A DNA stretch of 64,000 nt from Coleofasciculus sp. D1-CHI-01 (GCA_040218875.1 JAVJQP010000092.1); one strand, 5' to 3'; numbered from the stretch's first letter, positions 9,963 to 22,000 are shown. The notes: generated by a model not told the origin, from the sequence alone. Numbers and translations are program-made.

Positions 9963-11255
9963 TTATTTAGAAAACTCATAGACGACCAAAAGTCCATGGG
10001 CAGTTCCCAAACCTTGCTGGAAGTTCCACTCTAGATTCCGCAACAAATAGGCAAGTTGGGGTTCAACTAAATTGGCTCTAGGGTCTTCAAAACACAGTGT
10101 CGGTGCGGTGCGTACCACGTTGCGAATTGTACGGATCGCGTCTTGGACAACAGGGGGATAACCCGCTTGCGGTTCAGCGAGTAACTTATGAGGGTTGCGC
10201 CACTGATCTAGAGCCTCAATGCAGGCATAAACGACTGCATTCCAAGCATCTTGAAAATTGGAGAAGAAGCGATTGATATGAGGATGATCCGGATGAGGAT
10301 TGTACTGAAAAATTAACTGAGACAAATCGGTGCGACAGTTGATTTCATGCAGAGAGTTAATCGCCGCCCGAATTGGAGGGGCATCGGGATTGAATTCACG
10401 GGTATTCATGTGGCGACCCACCAAAATCGAGCGATCGCATAATCGTCGCCGGGAAATCTTTACCCCTTTATTTTCAGCTACGGCGTGGATAAACTGATCG
10501 AACTCCTCGCCACCCCAATACCGAATCTCGAATCGTTCCACCTCAATTTCGCCCCTAGCATCTGGGGGATAGATGTAGGACATCGAGTAGGTATTCATCG
10601 TAGATTGCTTCCCAGCCGATTCGCCCCAATAACGGGGCCACTCATAGGAATAGCGACCCAGAAAATCGCCCACAAAAATGGCTTTGTCTCCTATATGGTC
10701 GCAAATATCGCCAATCACTCTGGCTAATGAGCGATCGTTGAGGTGTGACAATGCCCCATAAGAAGAAAAGTAGATATCGTAGGTAGGTTCCCCCACAGCA
10801 ATGGGTAGCCCTTCATTTAAATCCGCGACCTCAAACTTGGTTTGCGGATGGTCAGCATGGAGAGTCGCGGCTTTCTCAATCATCGCTGGACTGATATCCA
10901 CACCCTTGTAGTGACCAATATCCTGATAATCCAGTACATTCTCAATCTGAGCATCGAGTGTTGGCAGAGTTCGGGGTAAACTCGTTAGGATACCTAAGCC
11001 TTCTCCTGCACCACAGCCCAAATCCATCACCCGAAGATCAGTTCCTTCCTCTTGCTTCTGGATAACCAGAGGACTGAGAAAATGACTCATGACATTACGG
11101 TTAAAGCGGTCTTCCCATAACCGTCTCACATTGTCATGTTTACCAAATAGACCGGGAGAATGATAGTCATAAGCACCAATCGCTACAGCTTTGGCGTAAT
11201 TTTTAAGAACGTCGAGTTGCTTCATGCGGTTGAGATTGTTGCTAATTAGGGACAT
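9963..11255 (-). CDS. class I SAM-dependent methyltransferase
   Basis: 430 aa. Motif I VMDLGCGAGEG followed by an acidic post-I position (YKGVDISP). The long C-terminal extension is of unknown function. Confidence 0.7.
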   Translation of the reverse strand: MSLISNNLNRMKQLDVLKNYAKAVAIGAYDYHSPGLFGKHDNVRRLWEDRFNRNVMSHFLSPLVIQKQEEGTDLRVMDLGCGAGEGLGILTSLPRTLPTLDAQIENVLDYQDIGHYKGVDISPAMIEKAATLHADHPQTKFEVADLNEGLPIAVGEPTYDIYFSSYGALSHLNDRSLARVIGDICDHIGDKAIFVGDFLGRYSYEWPRYWGESAGKQSTMNTYSMSYIYPPDARGEIEVERFEIRYWGGEEFDQFIHAVAENKGVKISRRRLCDRSILVGRHMNTREFNPDAPPIRAAINSLHEINCRTDLSQLIFQYNPHPDHPHINRFFSNFQDAWNAVVYACIEALDQWRNPHKLLAEPQAGYPPVVQDAIRTIRNVVRTAPTLCFEDPRANLVEPQLAYLLRNLEWNFQQGLGTAHGLLVVYEFSK

Positions 11256-11443
11256 TGGTCAATCTGATTCTCTAAACGACTGGGATTGATCCCAGCCTTA
11301 CCTTAGATACAGAAAAAGCCAGTTAATCTTACCACGCTCTGACTTTGCCCGATTGACTGTTCATCGCTAACCTCGTGAGACCTCGCATTCAGCGATCGAA
11401 AAGCTTGCGCGTAGCGCGTAAGCAATGGGCGAAGGAATAGAGG

Positions 11444-11974
11444 TCAAATCTTACCACTTTGAGTGGTAAGATTTGACAATCCAGTTGAAGGCACGACGAT
11501 TAAACCCGTGCTTCGCTGCAACAACCTGACTTTTTTGGCAGTAAACTGCCCAATTCGTTTCCAGTTTCCGTTAGAAACAGAAACCTGTGTTTTGGTGTCT
11601 CCAGAACACCAGCCCGTATAGGTTTTTCCGGCTTTTTCAGCTACAACCTTGTCTCCCTTTCTGAAGCTATGACGAGTAACCGTGCCGCCATACTTTCGTC
11701 GCTTGCCACCCTTGGATGGAACAAATAGGTGCAACTGCCGGCGGTTAATAGGTGGTCTGCGGATTACCGTAAACGGCGCTGGTGTTATATGAACACCACC
11801 CTCCCAGTTGCCATGCTTGGCATTCTTAGAATATCGCTCCCGCCATTGAATAAACTCAAACGCCGCTAGGCTCACACCATCAACAGCGTGTGTCTCTGGT
11901 GTCTGGTTAGCACGACTAGGTTTAGTCGGCATTAAGGGTTTGCCTGACTTTGATAGAACTGGTACTCGTAACAT
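11444..11974 (-). pseudogene. internally deleted IscB/IsrB-like (RRXRR/PLMP family) OMEGA nuclease remnant
   Basis: The N-terminus VLSKSGKPLMPTKPSRA is the PLMP-domain signature. The sequence then jumps directly to a RuvC-III-like THAVDGVSLA and the C-terminal beta-barrel segment (FRKGDKVVAEKAGKTYTGW ... KKVRLLQRSTGL). RuvC-I/II, the bridge helix and HNH are absent, and the ORF is 176 aa against several hundred aa for intact members. Confidence 0.6.
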
Positions 11975-11998
11975 GGGTGATAAACCTCACGAGTTAAG

Positions 11999-12084
11999 TT
12001 ATCAGTTATCAGTTACCAGGTATCGGTTATCATTTATCAGCCAATTACTGACCACTGATAACTGACCACTGACCACTGACCACT
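11999..12084. repeat. STRR-like tandem heptamer array (TTATCAG then CTGACCA variants, about 12 units)
   Basis: ttatcag ttatcag ttaccag gtatcgg ttatcat ttatcag ccaatta ctgacca ctgataa ctgacca ctgacca ctgacca. Confidence 0.9.
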
Positions 12085-12085
12085 A

Positions 12086-12340
12086 TGTCCCTTCCCACCA
12101 TCTCGGTTAAGATGTCCTGACTTAACAGCGACTCGACAAAAAGCCTTAAATGTAACTCGGACTAGGGAGGCATCCGAGAGTTTGTACCAAACCGAGACTC
12201 TATGTGGTATTCAACGGTTTAAACAGTCCGTTTGTCCGGCAATCCCCAACTTCAACGAAGTAAGTTGGGGTTATTGAATGTGTGCTGTTTATTAGCCTTG
12301 ACCCAGTATAAATTAGTTCATGAATAAAATTTAAGCCAGT
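12086..12340 (-). ncRNA. candidate omega-RNA (HEARO-type) remnant upstream of the IscB-like remnant
   Basis: Position 5' of the IscB-like ORF on the same strand. There are several local hairpins: gttaag/cttaac at 12106-12126, ctcgga/tccgag at 12166-12180, and the 9-bp stem ccccaactt/aagttgggg at 12244-12270. No covariance model could be run. Confidence 0.3.
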
Positions 12341-12359
12341 TCGGAAACAGCAGACCAGG

Positions 12360-14477
12360 ATGATCAACACCAACGAGTTGCAAACACGAGCCAAAATAAC
12401 TGAGCAGTTACCCGATATTCTCCAAGAATTGCATCGCTTATATCAGCCTCTGAAAGCGGGATGGGTTGCCGACTATATCCCAGAGTTGGCGCAAGCGAAT
12501 CCGGATTGGTTCGGGATTACGGTGGTGACGGTGGATGGTCAGGTTTATACTGTTGGTGATACGTCGATCCCGTTTACGATTCAGTCAATTTCAAAGCCGT
12601 TTGTCTATGGACTGGCTCTGGAAGATCATGGGTTGGACTATGTTTTGGAACGAATTGGGGTTGAACCAACCGGAGAAGCTTTTAATGAAATTATCGAACA
12701 TGAGGAGATCCAAGAGCGAAAGTATAATCCGATGGTGAATGCGGGCGCGATCGCAACCACCAGTTTGATTAAAGGGTTAGATTTATTTGAGCGGCAAACT
12801 CGCTTACTGCGTATGTTCCACCGCTATATCGGTCGAGAGGTGCAAGTGGATCAGGCGGTGTTTCAGTCCAAGAAGAAAACCGATAACCTGAATCGAGCGA
12901 TCGCCTATATCATGCAGAATTTTGGCTTGCTCGAAGGCAAGATTGATGACATTCTCGACCTTTACTTCCAGCAGTGCGCCTTAATGGTCAATTGCCAGGA
13001 CTTAGCGGTGATGGCGGGTACTCTGGCAAATGCTGGCATCAATCCAATTACAGGAGAACGCGCCCTGAAAGCTGATTATGTGAAAAACTTAATCAGCATC
13101 ATGTATACCTGCGGTCTGTATGACTTCTCCGGTCAATGGACGTACAAAGTCGGTCTACCTGCCAAAAGTGGTCTATCTGGGGCAATTATTGGTGTAGTTC
13201 CCAACCAAATGGGAATTGCTGTGTTTTCTCCTCCTCTAGGAGAACACAGTAAAAGCCTGCGAGGGGTCAAGGTGTTTGAAGCCCTATCACAGCACTTGCG
13301 ACTTCATGTCTTTGATAAAGTCGTTGACACGCCAGGTTATTTGCCAGAAACGATTAACCAAGACGGTAACAACAGTACTGAATGTCTGGACATTAACGAT
13401 GAGCAGTTAGCGATCTCCCAAAAAACACCGTCCTATCCCCAGTCGCGGGCAGTCGATGAAGGCACAACGAACACGCTACCGATGCGAGAACGCCCACCGA
13501 AAGTCACGCCAAAGCTCAACTCGGCAGCCATGATCGCTCAGTTGCATGTGAGTCCCACGTCCTTTATTACCGATTTGCGGGAATTACATCGCCAGTATCT
13601 TCCCCTCAGACAAGGGAAAATTTATGTGAGCGAACCGGATCTGGTGGAAATTAATCCCGATTGGTTTGGTATCTGTATTGTTACCGTCGATGGTCAAGTT
13701 TACACGGTTGGCGATTGGGAGCAACCGTTCTTAATTCAGTCCATCTCGAAAGTGTTTGCCTATGGAATGGCACTTTCGGATTGGGGACGAGATTATGTGG
13801 TCAGCCGAGTGGATGTAGAACCAACCGGAGATGCCTATAACTCGCTCATCAAGGTAGAAGAGAACTCCAAGCGCCCCTACAATCCCATGGTAAATACAGG
13901 TGCGATCGCGATTACCAATTTAATTGAGGGAAAAGGACCGGCTCATCGACTGAATCGTCTCCTGGAAATGTATCGTCGCTATGTGGGTCATCGTGTTTTT
14001 GTGGATACACCCAGCTTAGTGTCTGAACAAACCGCAGGCGATCGCAACTGGGCAATTGCGTACTTGTTGCGAAATTTTGGCATGATTTCTGGGGAAATCA
14101 AACAAACCCTGGATCTCTATCTCCAGCAGTGTTCGGTAATTATCAACTGCCACGATTTAGCGGTGATGGGAGCCACTCTTGCCAACAATGGGGTCAATCC
14201 GATGACGGGAGAACAGGCAATTCATTCCGATTATATTAAGGACTTACTCAGTGTTATGTTTACCTGTGGCATGTATGACTTTGCTGGGGAATGGGTGTAC
14301 AAAGTCGGGTTTCCAGCTAAGAGTGGCGTTGGGGGTGGCATTATTGGCGTTGTTCCCGGTGTCATGGGAATTGCCGTCTTTTCACCTCCCCTGGACAAGC
14401 GGGGGAACAGTATCCGGGGGATTAAAGTGTGTGAGGAACTATCGAGGCGCTTCGGCTTACACATCTTTCAATCATAA
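12360..14477 (+). CDS. glsA: tandem-duplicated glutaminase A (two complete glutaminase domains in one polypeptide)
   Basis: 705 aa. Two homologous halves each carry [19 protein letters not shown], the Ser-x-x-Lys motif (QSISKPF / QSISKVF), YNPMVN(A/T)GAIA and PAKSG(L/V)(S/G)G. They are joined by a linker of about 90 aa. Confidence 0.88.
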   Translation: MINTNELQTRAKITEQLPDILQELHRLYQPLKAGWVADYIPELAQANPDWFGITVVTVDGQVYTVGDTSIPFTIQSISKPFVYGLALEDHGLDYVLERIGVEPTGEAFNEIIEHEEIQERKYNPMVNAGAIATTSLIKGLDLFERQTRLLRMFHRYIGREVQVDQAVFQSKKKTDNLNRAIAYIMQNFGLLEGKIDDILDLYFQQCALMVNCQDLAVMAGTLANAGINPITGERALKADYVKNLISIMYTCGLYDFSGQWTYKVGLPAKSGLSGAIIGVVPNQMGIAVFSPPLGEHSKSLRGVKVFEALSQHLRLHVFDKVVDTPGYLPETINQDGNNSTECLDINDEQLAISQKTPSYPQSRAVDEGTTNTLPMRERPPKVTPKLNSAAMIAQLHVSPTSFITDLRELHRQYLPLRQGKIYVSEPDLVEINPDWFGICIVTVDGQVYTVGDWEQPFLIQSISKVFAYGMALSDWGRDYVVSRVDVEPTGDAYNSLIKVEENSKRPYNPMVNTGAIAITNLIEGKGPAHRLNRLLEMYRRYVGHRVFVDTPSLVSEQTAGDRNWAIAYLLRNFGMISGEIKQTLDLYLQQCSVIINCHDLAVMGATLANNGVNPMTGEQAIHSDYIKDLLSVMFTCGMYDFAGEWVYKVGFPAKSGVGGGIIGVVPGVMGIAVFSPPLDKRGNSIRGIKVCEELSRRFGLHIFQS

Positions 14478-14490
14478 CGATTTGCCCCTC

Positions 14491-14607
14491 GGCTCCCCCG
14501 GCTCCCCCGGCTTCCCCGGCTCCCTCGGCTCCCCCGGCTCCCCCGGCTCCCTCGGCTCCCCCGGCTCCCCCAGCTCCCCCGGCTCCCTCGGCTCCCCCAG
14601 CTCCCCT
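14491..14607. repeat. tandem nonamer array GGCTCCCCC/GGCTCCCTC, 13 units
   Basis: Counted unit by unit from 14491. It fills the spacer between the convergent glsA and asnB genes, and the last unit overlaps the asnB stop codon. Confidence 0.95.
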
Positions 14608-16108
14608 AAACGGGTCGTTCTGACCAACGGGCAACGTTCGCCAGAATTGATTCCGGCTGCTCAAACACATCCATAAATATCTGGTGATAATAGCACTCTT
14701 CCGCAGAACGTAATGGCGCTTCTGGATGTTTCTGGCGATAGGTTTGGGCTTCCTCTTCACTCATTCCCTTTGCCAGCATTTGCGTTAATAAATCCACTGT
14801 GCCACTGCCTTCATCAAACTGCTCTTTCGTGCGCCAAACAATTTCAGAAGGTAGCAGATCCTCAAAGGCTTTTCGCAAAATCCATTTTTCGACTAATGGA
14901 TCACCCGCGAGTTTTAAATGGGCGGGAATTCTTTGACCGAGTTCAATCATTTTCAGATCCAAAAAGGGAACTCGTCCTTCCAGGGAGTGAGCCATGGTTA
15001 AACGGTCTACTCGCTGTAAGTTAATATTGTGCAGGCTAGTCACTGAGCGACGCAATTCGCGATGTAGTGTATCGTTATCGGGAATGCCTTTGTAGTAGGT
15101 GTAACCCGCAAACAGTTCATCAGCCCCCTCACCCGTGAGAATCACCTTGACATACTCGGCGGCGAGTCGTGAGGTAAAGTAACAGGGAATCGCACTGCGA
15201 ACTAAGTCTTGGTCAAAGGATTCCAAGGAATAAATAATTTCGGGTAGTTTTTCCTGAACTTCCTTGGGTGTAATTAGATATTCATGGTGAATCGTATCCA
15301 GATACTGGGAGACTAAACGGGCGGCTTTTATGTCTTTACTCCCTTCAATCCCCACGGAGAAGGTATGCAGTTTCTCGATATGCTGTCTGGCTACAGCCGT
15401 GGTGATACTGCTGTCTAAGCCACCGGAGAGGAAGCAACCGAGGGGAACATCACTCATTAGCCGCTTCACCACAGACGCTTCCACGGTTTCCCGCACTTCG
15501 CGAATTAAAGCGTCTGCATCTGCGTCTACCTCTGGCTGAATATCTGGCACTTGGTAGAACGTTGAAAACCCAGTTTCTGAGGAGAAAAAGGTGCCGGCTG
15601 GGAATTCCTGGACATTTTCGCACACATAAGCGATCGCTTTGAGTTCTGAGGCAAAAATAAACGCACCGTCTTTTTTACCGTAGTATAGAGGTTTAATGCC
15701 AATGGGATCACGGGCAGCAAAAAATTTATCCCCATCCGCGATCGCAAAAGCGTACATGCCATCGAGTTGCTCAACGGACTCGATTCCCTGATCTTCGTAC
15801 AGATGCAAAATTGCCTCTGTATCGCTTTTAGTCCGGAACTTAAATCGTTCCGCTAACTGGGGGAGTAACTGAGGAAAATTATAAATTTCGCCATTTCCGA
15901 CAATCACTCGCGCCTTGCGATCGCCGTATATCGGTTGGTTTCCCCCTTGCGGGTCCATAATACTCAACCGTCGATGTCCCAGAACACCTGCCTTAATCGG
16001 AGATACAAACATTCCTTCAGCGTCTGGACCTCGATGGATTAAAGTATCCATCATCTTTTTAACGCTGGTTTGATCAATTTGCCCCCATATTCCAGCAATA
16101 CCACACAT
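14606..16108 (-). CDS. asnB: asparagine synthase (glutamine-hydrolysing)
   Basis: The N-terminal MCGIAGIWG carries the Ntn catalytic Cys2. The synthetase domain has the SGGLDSS PP-loop motif. 500 aa. Confidence 0.9.
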   Translation of the reverse strand: MCGIAGIWGQIDQTSVKKMMDTLIHRGPDAEGMFVSPIKAGVLGHRRLSIMDPQGGNQPIYGDRKARVIVGNGEIYNFPQLLPQLAERFKFRTKSDTEAILHLYEDQGIESVEQLDGMYAFAIADGDKFFAARDPIGIKPLYYGKKDGAFIFASELKAIAYVCENVQEFPAGTFFSSETGFSTFYQVPDIQPEVDADADALIREVRETVEASVVKRLMSDVPLGCFLSGGLDSSITTAVARQHIEKLHTFSVGIEGSKDIKAARLVSQYLDTIHHEYLITPKEVQEKLPEIIYSLESFDQDLVRSAIPCYFTSRLAAEYVKVILTGEGADELFAGYTYYKGIPDNDTLHRELRRSVTSLHNINLQRVDRLTMAHSLEGRVPFLDLKMIELGQRIPAHLKLAGDPLVEKWILRKAFEDLLPSEIVWRTKEQFDEGSGTVDLLTQMLAKGMSEEEAQTYRQKHPEAPLRSAEECYYHQIFMDVFEQPESILANVARWSERPV

Positions 16109-16436
16109 TTATGCTATGCACTCCTTTTAGTTTGGGTTTCCATCGAGTGATTTTGCCAAGCCTATCAATTTTGACACATCGCTTAAAATTGGTCACATTG
16201 ATGGTTAATTAGTCTCTTACACTGCTTTTGGTAGTAAGTGAGGTACACAGACAGATCCCCGACAACTCCTACGAAGTCGGGGATCTTGCTTAGATTAATC
16301 ATTAACCCACGCCACCTAAACAAGTAGGGCATGGGCAATATACAATATACAACCAACACTATCCAGTCCAAGTTGAAAACTGGAGATTCTTTTCGGGAAA
16401 AACTACAGGTTTCAACCTAGACGCGGTTTCCATCAG

Positions 16437-17438
16437 TTATACATTCGCGGGCACTTGCGCCTTAGATGTTAACCGTTCGTAAGTGGTTCGCATCTTCAGC
16501 CCCACCAGAATCTGGAATAACCCAGAACCATTGTTAGAACCGGGATAGTCCTTATGCTTGAGCAACAGTTCGGTCATCTCACCATAGTATTTCGTGGAGG
16601 TATTGCTGAGGTGACTTTCGATGTAGATCATCTCCTCTAGATTGTCAAACTGACCATCCACTTCCAACACGGACACATCATGACCGAAGTAGCTATCCGG
16701 ACCATAGTATAGTTTGATCCCAGGATAAGCACAGGTCAACTTACGACCACAAGGTCTCCAGTCAATGGTAGATCCTTCATCAAACAGATAGACAGGCTCA
16801 AAGCCTTCTACACCTTCTTTCTGAACCAAGCGCACCCGCAGGATCTTGCTTTCCTTATCGTCTTTGAGAAGCTGAGTTGGCAATATCTGAATCACGACAT
16901 CAGCAAACTCTTTTTGGGGTTCGATATAAGCACTGAAGTCAGGGCGTCTAGCGTTAATGGACGCCAGAATATCTTCGTAGGTATGTCCCCGTTCTGCCAT
17001 ATCCCGCTGGATTTTCCAGTTTATCTTGACCTCATCACTGATATCAAGATAAACACCGAAATCAACTAGCGATCGCACGCGCTCATCATACAGGGGGTGC
17101 AATCCTTCGATCACCACGACTTTATTGGGTTCTACCCGTTCCGGTGGATCAAGTTCACCCGTCTCGTGGTTATAAATTGGCTTATCAATCGCCTGACCAT
17201 TTTTGAGCGCTTTGATTTGCTCATACATCAGGTCAAAATTATTCGCCTTGGGGTTAAGCGCTGTCACCCCTGCCGCTTTACGCCCTTTACGGTCTAAGCT
17301 GTGATAGTCATCCAAGCAGATGACCGTCATAAACTCTTCACCAAACAAGTCGGCTAAGCGATGCAGAAATGTGGACTTCCCGCATCCAGAGTCTCCAGCG
17401 ACGGCTATTAATACCACGCGGTCTAGCTGAGTGGTCAT
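16437..17438 (-). CDS. prk: phosphoribulokinase
   Basis: 333 aa. P-loop VAGDSGCGKSTF. The sequence ICLDDYHSLDRKGRK ... VIEGLHPLYDERVR is typical of cyanobacterial/plant PRK. Confidence 0.92.
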   Translation of the reverse strand: MTTQLDRVVLIAVAGDSGCGKSTFLHRLADLFGEEFMTVICLDDYHSLDRKGRKAAGVTALNPKANNFDLMYEQIKALKNGQAIDKPIYNHETGELDPPERVEPNKVVVIEGLHPLYDERVRSLVDFGVYLDISDEVKINWKIQRDMAERGHTYEDILASINARRPDFSAYIEPQKEFADVVIQILPTQLLKDDKESKILRVRLVQKEGVEGFEPVYLFDEGSTIDWRPCGRKLTCAYPGIKLYYGPDSYFGHDVSVLEVDGQFDNLEEMIYIESHLSNTSTKYYGEMTELLLKHKDYPGSNNGSGLFQILVGLKMRTTYERLTSKAQVPANV

Positions 17439-18092
17439 AGTTTCCCTCTAACGCAAAAAATAGTTTCAAATAGAGTTTCCAGCAATCCAAGTCCCAAGTC
17501 TAGGGTCAACCAGTCTGTTGATCGCGTGCCTTTAACCCGTCACGGATTTGCGACAGGTGTGAGTCTTCCTCAGCGGATAAGACTCCAACCAGACACGGGG
17601 TAAGTATTTAATACTAGCGGCTGTTAGTGGATTCTACCAAAATGAGATTATGTCTACAAGTCTTAACCTTTCTCCTCAATTCCTTAACATAATCCTAAAG
17701 TGAGTTGTGCAAATTGGATCAAAAAATTTCAAATTGACTCGATTTTAGCTGTTTGTCGGTCAATGACGGAGTTCTCCACCTGAGCCACCTGCTGAGAATT
17801 GCCTCCTATACAGATGCCTACAGGAGTCCTAAGAGTCGGAACTTTGCCAACTCAATCAATTAGACGTATTCTAGAGTATACATTGAACCTACTTCATTCC
17901 CCACCCAGTTGAGCCGAGTTAACGACTGTACACACTCCGCTTTGTCGTGAGCGTGTGGGCTAGAAGCCGAGTCTGTTGCCCAAACAGCGATTGGATGCAA
18001 TGCCACTCGGATTGGCATTACTGGGAATTCATCCCACACTGAATAAAAATTACAAGGTGGGAAATCTATTGCCGGATTAGCTAACGGGGGAA

Positions 18093-18220
18093 TATAGCGC
18101 TACGCGCTAGGCTTTCTTGCAATAGGCAATGGGCAATAGTGAAGAAAAACACTTACCTGACAAGGGATTGAGCGATTTAATTTTTTTTCTTTTGTCCTAA
18201 CATGTATGCGTAGCGCTATA
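18093..18220. mobile_element. MITE-like 128-bp insertion with perfect 13-bp terminal inverted repeats
   Basis: tatagcgctacgc (18093-18105) and gcgtagcgctata (18208-18220) are exact reverse complements. The interior is AT-rich and non-coding. It lies in the long region upstream of petH. Confidence 0.5.
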
Positions 18221-18356
18221 ACGGGAGTCCACAGCCAGGTATCAAGGTCAACGACCTGCCATCAACTCTACGGGATGAAGCGACTGAAACCCTGATTGGG
18301 AGGTTGCTTCATTCGTCGCGAATTGATGAAATGTTGTACTGAGCAATATATCGTAA

Positions 18357-19565
<1,209 letters not shown>

Positions 19566-19668
19566 TACGGCTCCCTTGGTCGCTAAACGCCAAACGTTTT
19601 TTGTCTAGCTTAGATTAGCGCGTCTACAGGTTGAGGATTGAATCCTCCAGTGTAGGCGCGTTCTTGGT

Positions 19669-19710
19669 CTGTTTCCTGTTCCCTGTTCCCTAACAAATGA
19701 CGAATGACTA
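19669..19710. repeat. STRR-like heptamer array switching from CTGTTCC to ATGAC[GT]A units
   Basis: ctgtttc ctgttcc ctgttcc ctaacaa atgacga atgacta in one continuous 7-nt phase. The ATGACGA units are the reverse complement of the TCATTCG-phase units at 3977-4011 (the same GTCATTC repeat). Confidence 0.8.
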
Positions 19711-19868
19711 TAAGACAGTTGCCCAAATCCTGAGAATTACGTTAAATTTGATTAAGCAGAAGTAAAGTTTCCTATTCAAACCACCGTTTAAGCTGGACTT
19801 TGTGCTAAACAAGAGGCTCTTTAAGAGCAAAAGCCAAACCAGAAAACAAATATCTAGAGGCATAAGCA

Positions 19869-21752
19869 ATGAAATTTTCCTGGAGAATTCTCCTACTTTG
19901 GACAATACCCGCTCTTGTCATTGGGTTTTTCCTATGGCAGGGAGCGTTTTCTCCGGCTGCTGGTGATTTAAGTCAAAATACCGCCAGCACCCGGATGAAT
20001 TATGGTCGCTTTTTAGAATACGTTGAGAAAGGGAGAGTCACGAGTGTTGACCTCTATGATGGGGGTCAAACGGCAATTGTAGAAGCGACTGACCCGGAGC
20101 TGAATAAAACGAATCGCTGGCGCGTCGATTTGCCTGCTAATTCTCCTGAGCTAATCACTAAGCTGAGAGAGGCTGATATTGCTTTAGATACCCATCCAGC
20201 ACGTCAAGATGGGGCTGTTTGGGGAATCTTAGGGAATTTAATTTTTCCGATTTTATTAATTGGTGGGTTATTTTTCCTCTTCCGTCGTTCCAGTAATATG
20301 GGCGGAGGTCCCGGTCAAGCGATGAACTTTGGTAAGTCTCGCGCCCGGTTCCAGATGGAAGCGAAAACGGGAATTCTTTTCGATGATGTGGCGGGAATTC
20401 AGGAAGCCAAGGAAGAATTACAGGAAGTGGTGACATTCCTGAAGCAGCCGGAACGGTTTACAGCAGTTGGCGCACGGATTCCGAAAGGGGTGCTGTTAGT
20501 TGGACCTCCGGGAACAGGTAAAACATTATTGGCAAAGGCGATCGCGGGTGAAGCTGGAGTTCCTTTCTTTAGTATCTCTGGTAGTGAATTCGTGGAAATG
20601 TTTGTCGGTGTGGGTGCATCCCGTGTCCGTGACTTGTTCAAGAAAGCCAAGGAAAATGCCCCTTGTCTGATCTTTATCGATGAGATTGACGCCGTAGGAC
20701 GACAACGGGGTGCTGGTATCGGCGGCGGTAATGATGAACGTGAGCAAACGTTGAACCAGTTGCTGACGGAGATGGATGGGTTTGAAGGCAATACCGGAAT
20801 TATCATTATTGCTGCCACCAACCGCCCTGATGTGTTAGACTCCGCCTTATTGCGTCCCGGACGGTTTGACCGTCAGGTGATTGTCGATGCGCCGGATTTG
20901 AAAGGACGGATTGGTATTCTGGAAGTCCATGCGCGGAATAAGAAACTGGCAACGGAAATTTCCATTGAAGCGATCGCGCGGCGCACTCCTGGATTTACTG
21001 GGGCAGATTTAGCCAACTTGTTGAATGAAGCGGCAATTCTGACAGCCCGTCGTCGTAAAGAGGCGATTACCATGCTGGAAATCAACGACGCTGTTGACCG
21101 GGTGGTAGCGGGTATGGAAGGCACACCGTTGGTGGATAGTAAGAGTAAGCGGTTAATTGCCTATCATGAAGTCGGTCATGCGATCGTGGGGACGGTGCTA
21201 AAGGATCATGATCCAGTGCAGAAAGTGACCTTAATTCCTCGGGGTCAAGCGCAAGGATTAACCTGGTTTACGCCCAGTGAAGAGCAAGGCTTAATTACAC
21301 GGGCGCAGCTTAAAGCCCGGATTACTGGGGCATTAGGCGGTCGTGCTGCCGAAGAAGAGATTTTTGGTCATTCTGAAGTTACCACAGGTGCCGGTGGCGA
21401 TTTACAGCAGGTGACGGGAATGGCGCGACAAATGGTGACTCGTTTCGGCATGTCCGATTTAGGTCCTTTGTCTCTGGAAAGTCAACAGGGAGAAGTATTC
21501 CTCGGTGGCGGCTTGACGAATCGGGCGGAGTATTCCGAAGAAGTCGCGTCTCGCATTGATGAACAAGTGCGCCGGATTGTGGAACATTGTCACGACGATG
21601 CTAAGCGGATTATGCGCGACAATCGCGTTGTAATTGACCGCTTGGTGGATCTGTTGATTGAGAGGGAAACCATTGACGGCGAGGAGTTTCGTCAGATTGT
21701 GACGGAATATACTCATGTTCCGGAGAAGGAGCAGTACGTTCCTGTGCTGTAA
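19869..21752 (+). CDS. ftsH: ATP-dependent zinc metalloprotease FtsH
   Basis: 627 aa. It has two N-terminal TM segments, Walker A GPPGTGKT, Walker [10 protein letters not shown]-type ([11 protein letters not shown]), an SRH region, and the zinc motif HEVGHA. Confidence 0.95.
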   Translation: MKFSWRILLLWTIPALVIGFFLWQGAFSPAAGDLSQNTASTRMNYGRFLEYVEKGRVTSVDLYDGGQTAIVEATDPELNKTNRWRVDLPANSPELITKLREADIALDTHPARQDGAVWGILGNLIFPILLIGGLFFLFRRSSNMGGGPGQAMNFGKSRARFQMEAKTGILFDDVAGIQEAKEELQEVVTFLKQPERFTAVGARIPKGVLLVGPPGTGKTLLAKAIAGEAGVPFFSISGSEFVEMFVGVGASRVRDLFKKAKENAPCLIFIDEIDAVGRQRGAGIGGGNDEREQTLNQLLTEMDGFEGNTGIIIIAATNRPDVLDSALLRPGRFDRQVIVDAPDLKGRIGILEVHARNKKLATEISIEAIARRTPGFTGADLANLLNEAAILTARRRKEAITMLEINDAVDRVVAGMEGTPLVDSKSKRLIAYHEVGHAIVGTVLKDHDPVQKVTLIPRGQAQGLTWFTPSEEQGLITRAQLKARITGALGGRAAEEEIFGHSEVTTGAGGDLQQVTGMARQMVTRFGMSDLGPLSLESQQGEVFLGGGLTNRAEYSEEVASRIDEQVRRIVEHCHDDAKRIMRDNRVVIDRLVDLLIERETIDGEEFRQIVTEYTHVPEKEQYVPVL

Positions 21753-21780
21753 TTTCGGATAGTTTAATTGATTCATTGAG

Positions 21781-21810
21781 TAGGGATGGTGAATATCATC
21801 CCTATTTTTT
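21781..21810 (+). terminator. Rho-independent terminator of ftsH
   Basis: 8-bp stem tagggatg/catcccta with an 8-nt loop, followed by tttttt, 29 nt after the ftsH stop. Confidence 0.75.
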
Positions 21811-22000
21811 GTCTGTTTTAGGCGAGAAGCAAGAGGAGGCGATTGAAATCGCTGCTACACAAACATAGGCGAAGCCTTCCCGAAGGGTAGTCCGCCTGCG
21901 CGGACTGGGTTATAACGGGGATAGCGTTCCCCGGATTTGGTATTAGTCCAAATCTTTATTCTCGGCGATAATAGTGATTAGCTGAGCAAGAAGGCTAGCG

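Noticed and set aside
14251-14760. Collagen-like G-X-Y ORF (GSPGSPGFPGSLGSPG..., 14251-14676 +) and its antisense partner (AGGAEGAGG..., 14422-14760 -).
   Set aside because: Both are translations of the 9-nt tandem repeat. The plus ORF begins inside glsA in another frame, and the minus ORF begins inside asnB in another frame. They lack independent start context and are artefacts of a 3n repeat unit.
16183-16371. 62-aa minus-strand ORF between asnB and prk.
   Set aside because: It spans a 10-bp hairpin (gatccccgac/gtcggggatc at about 16253-16285) in an intergenic spacer and has no recognisable features. This is more likely a terminator or structured spacer than a gene.
17601-17615. NtcA-like site gtaagtatttaatac upstream of petH.
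   Set aside because: The spacing is GTA-N9-TAC rather than the canonical GTA-N8-TAC, and it lies about 780 nt from the petH start. It is not supportable from sequence alone.
20399-20821. Antisense ORFs inside long genes, e.g. 20399-20821 in ftsH, 8760-9116 and 9000-9404 in the MFS gene, 33387-33681 and 32872-33189 in the kinase, and 46210-46800 in the RAMP gene.
   Set aside because: These are shadow ORFs opposite or offset to strongly supported genes. They have no motifs and a composition typical of antisense frames.
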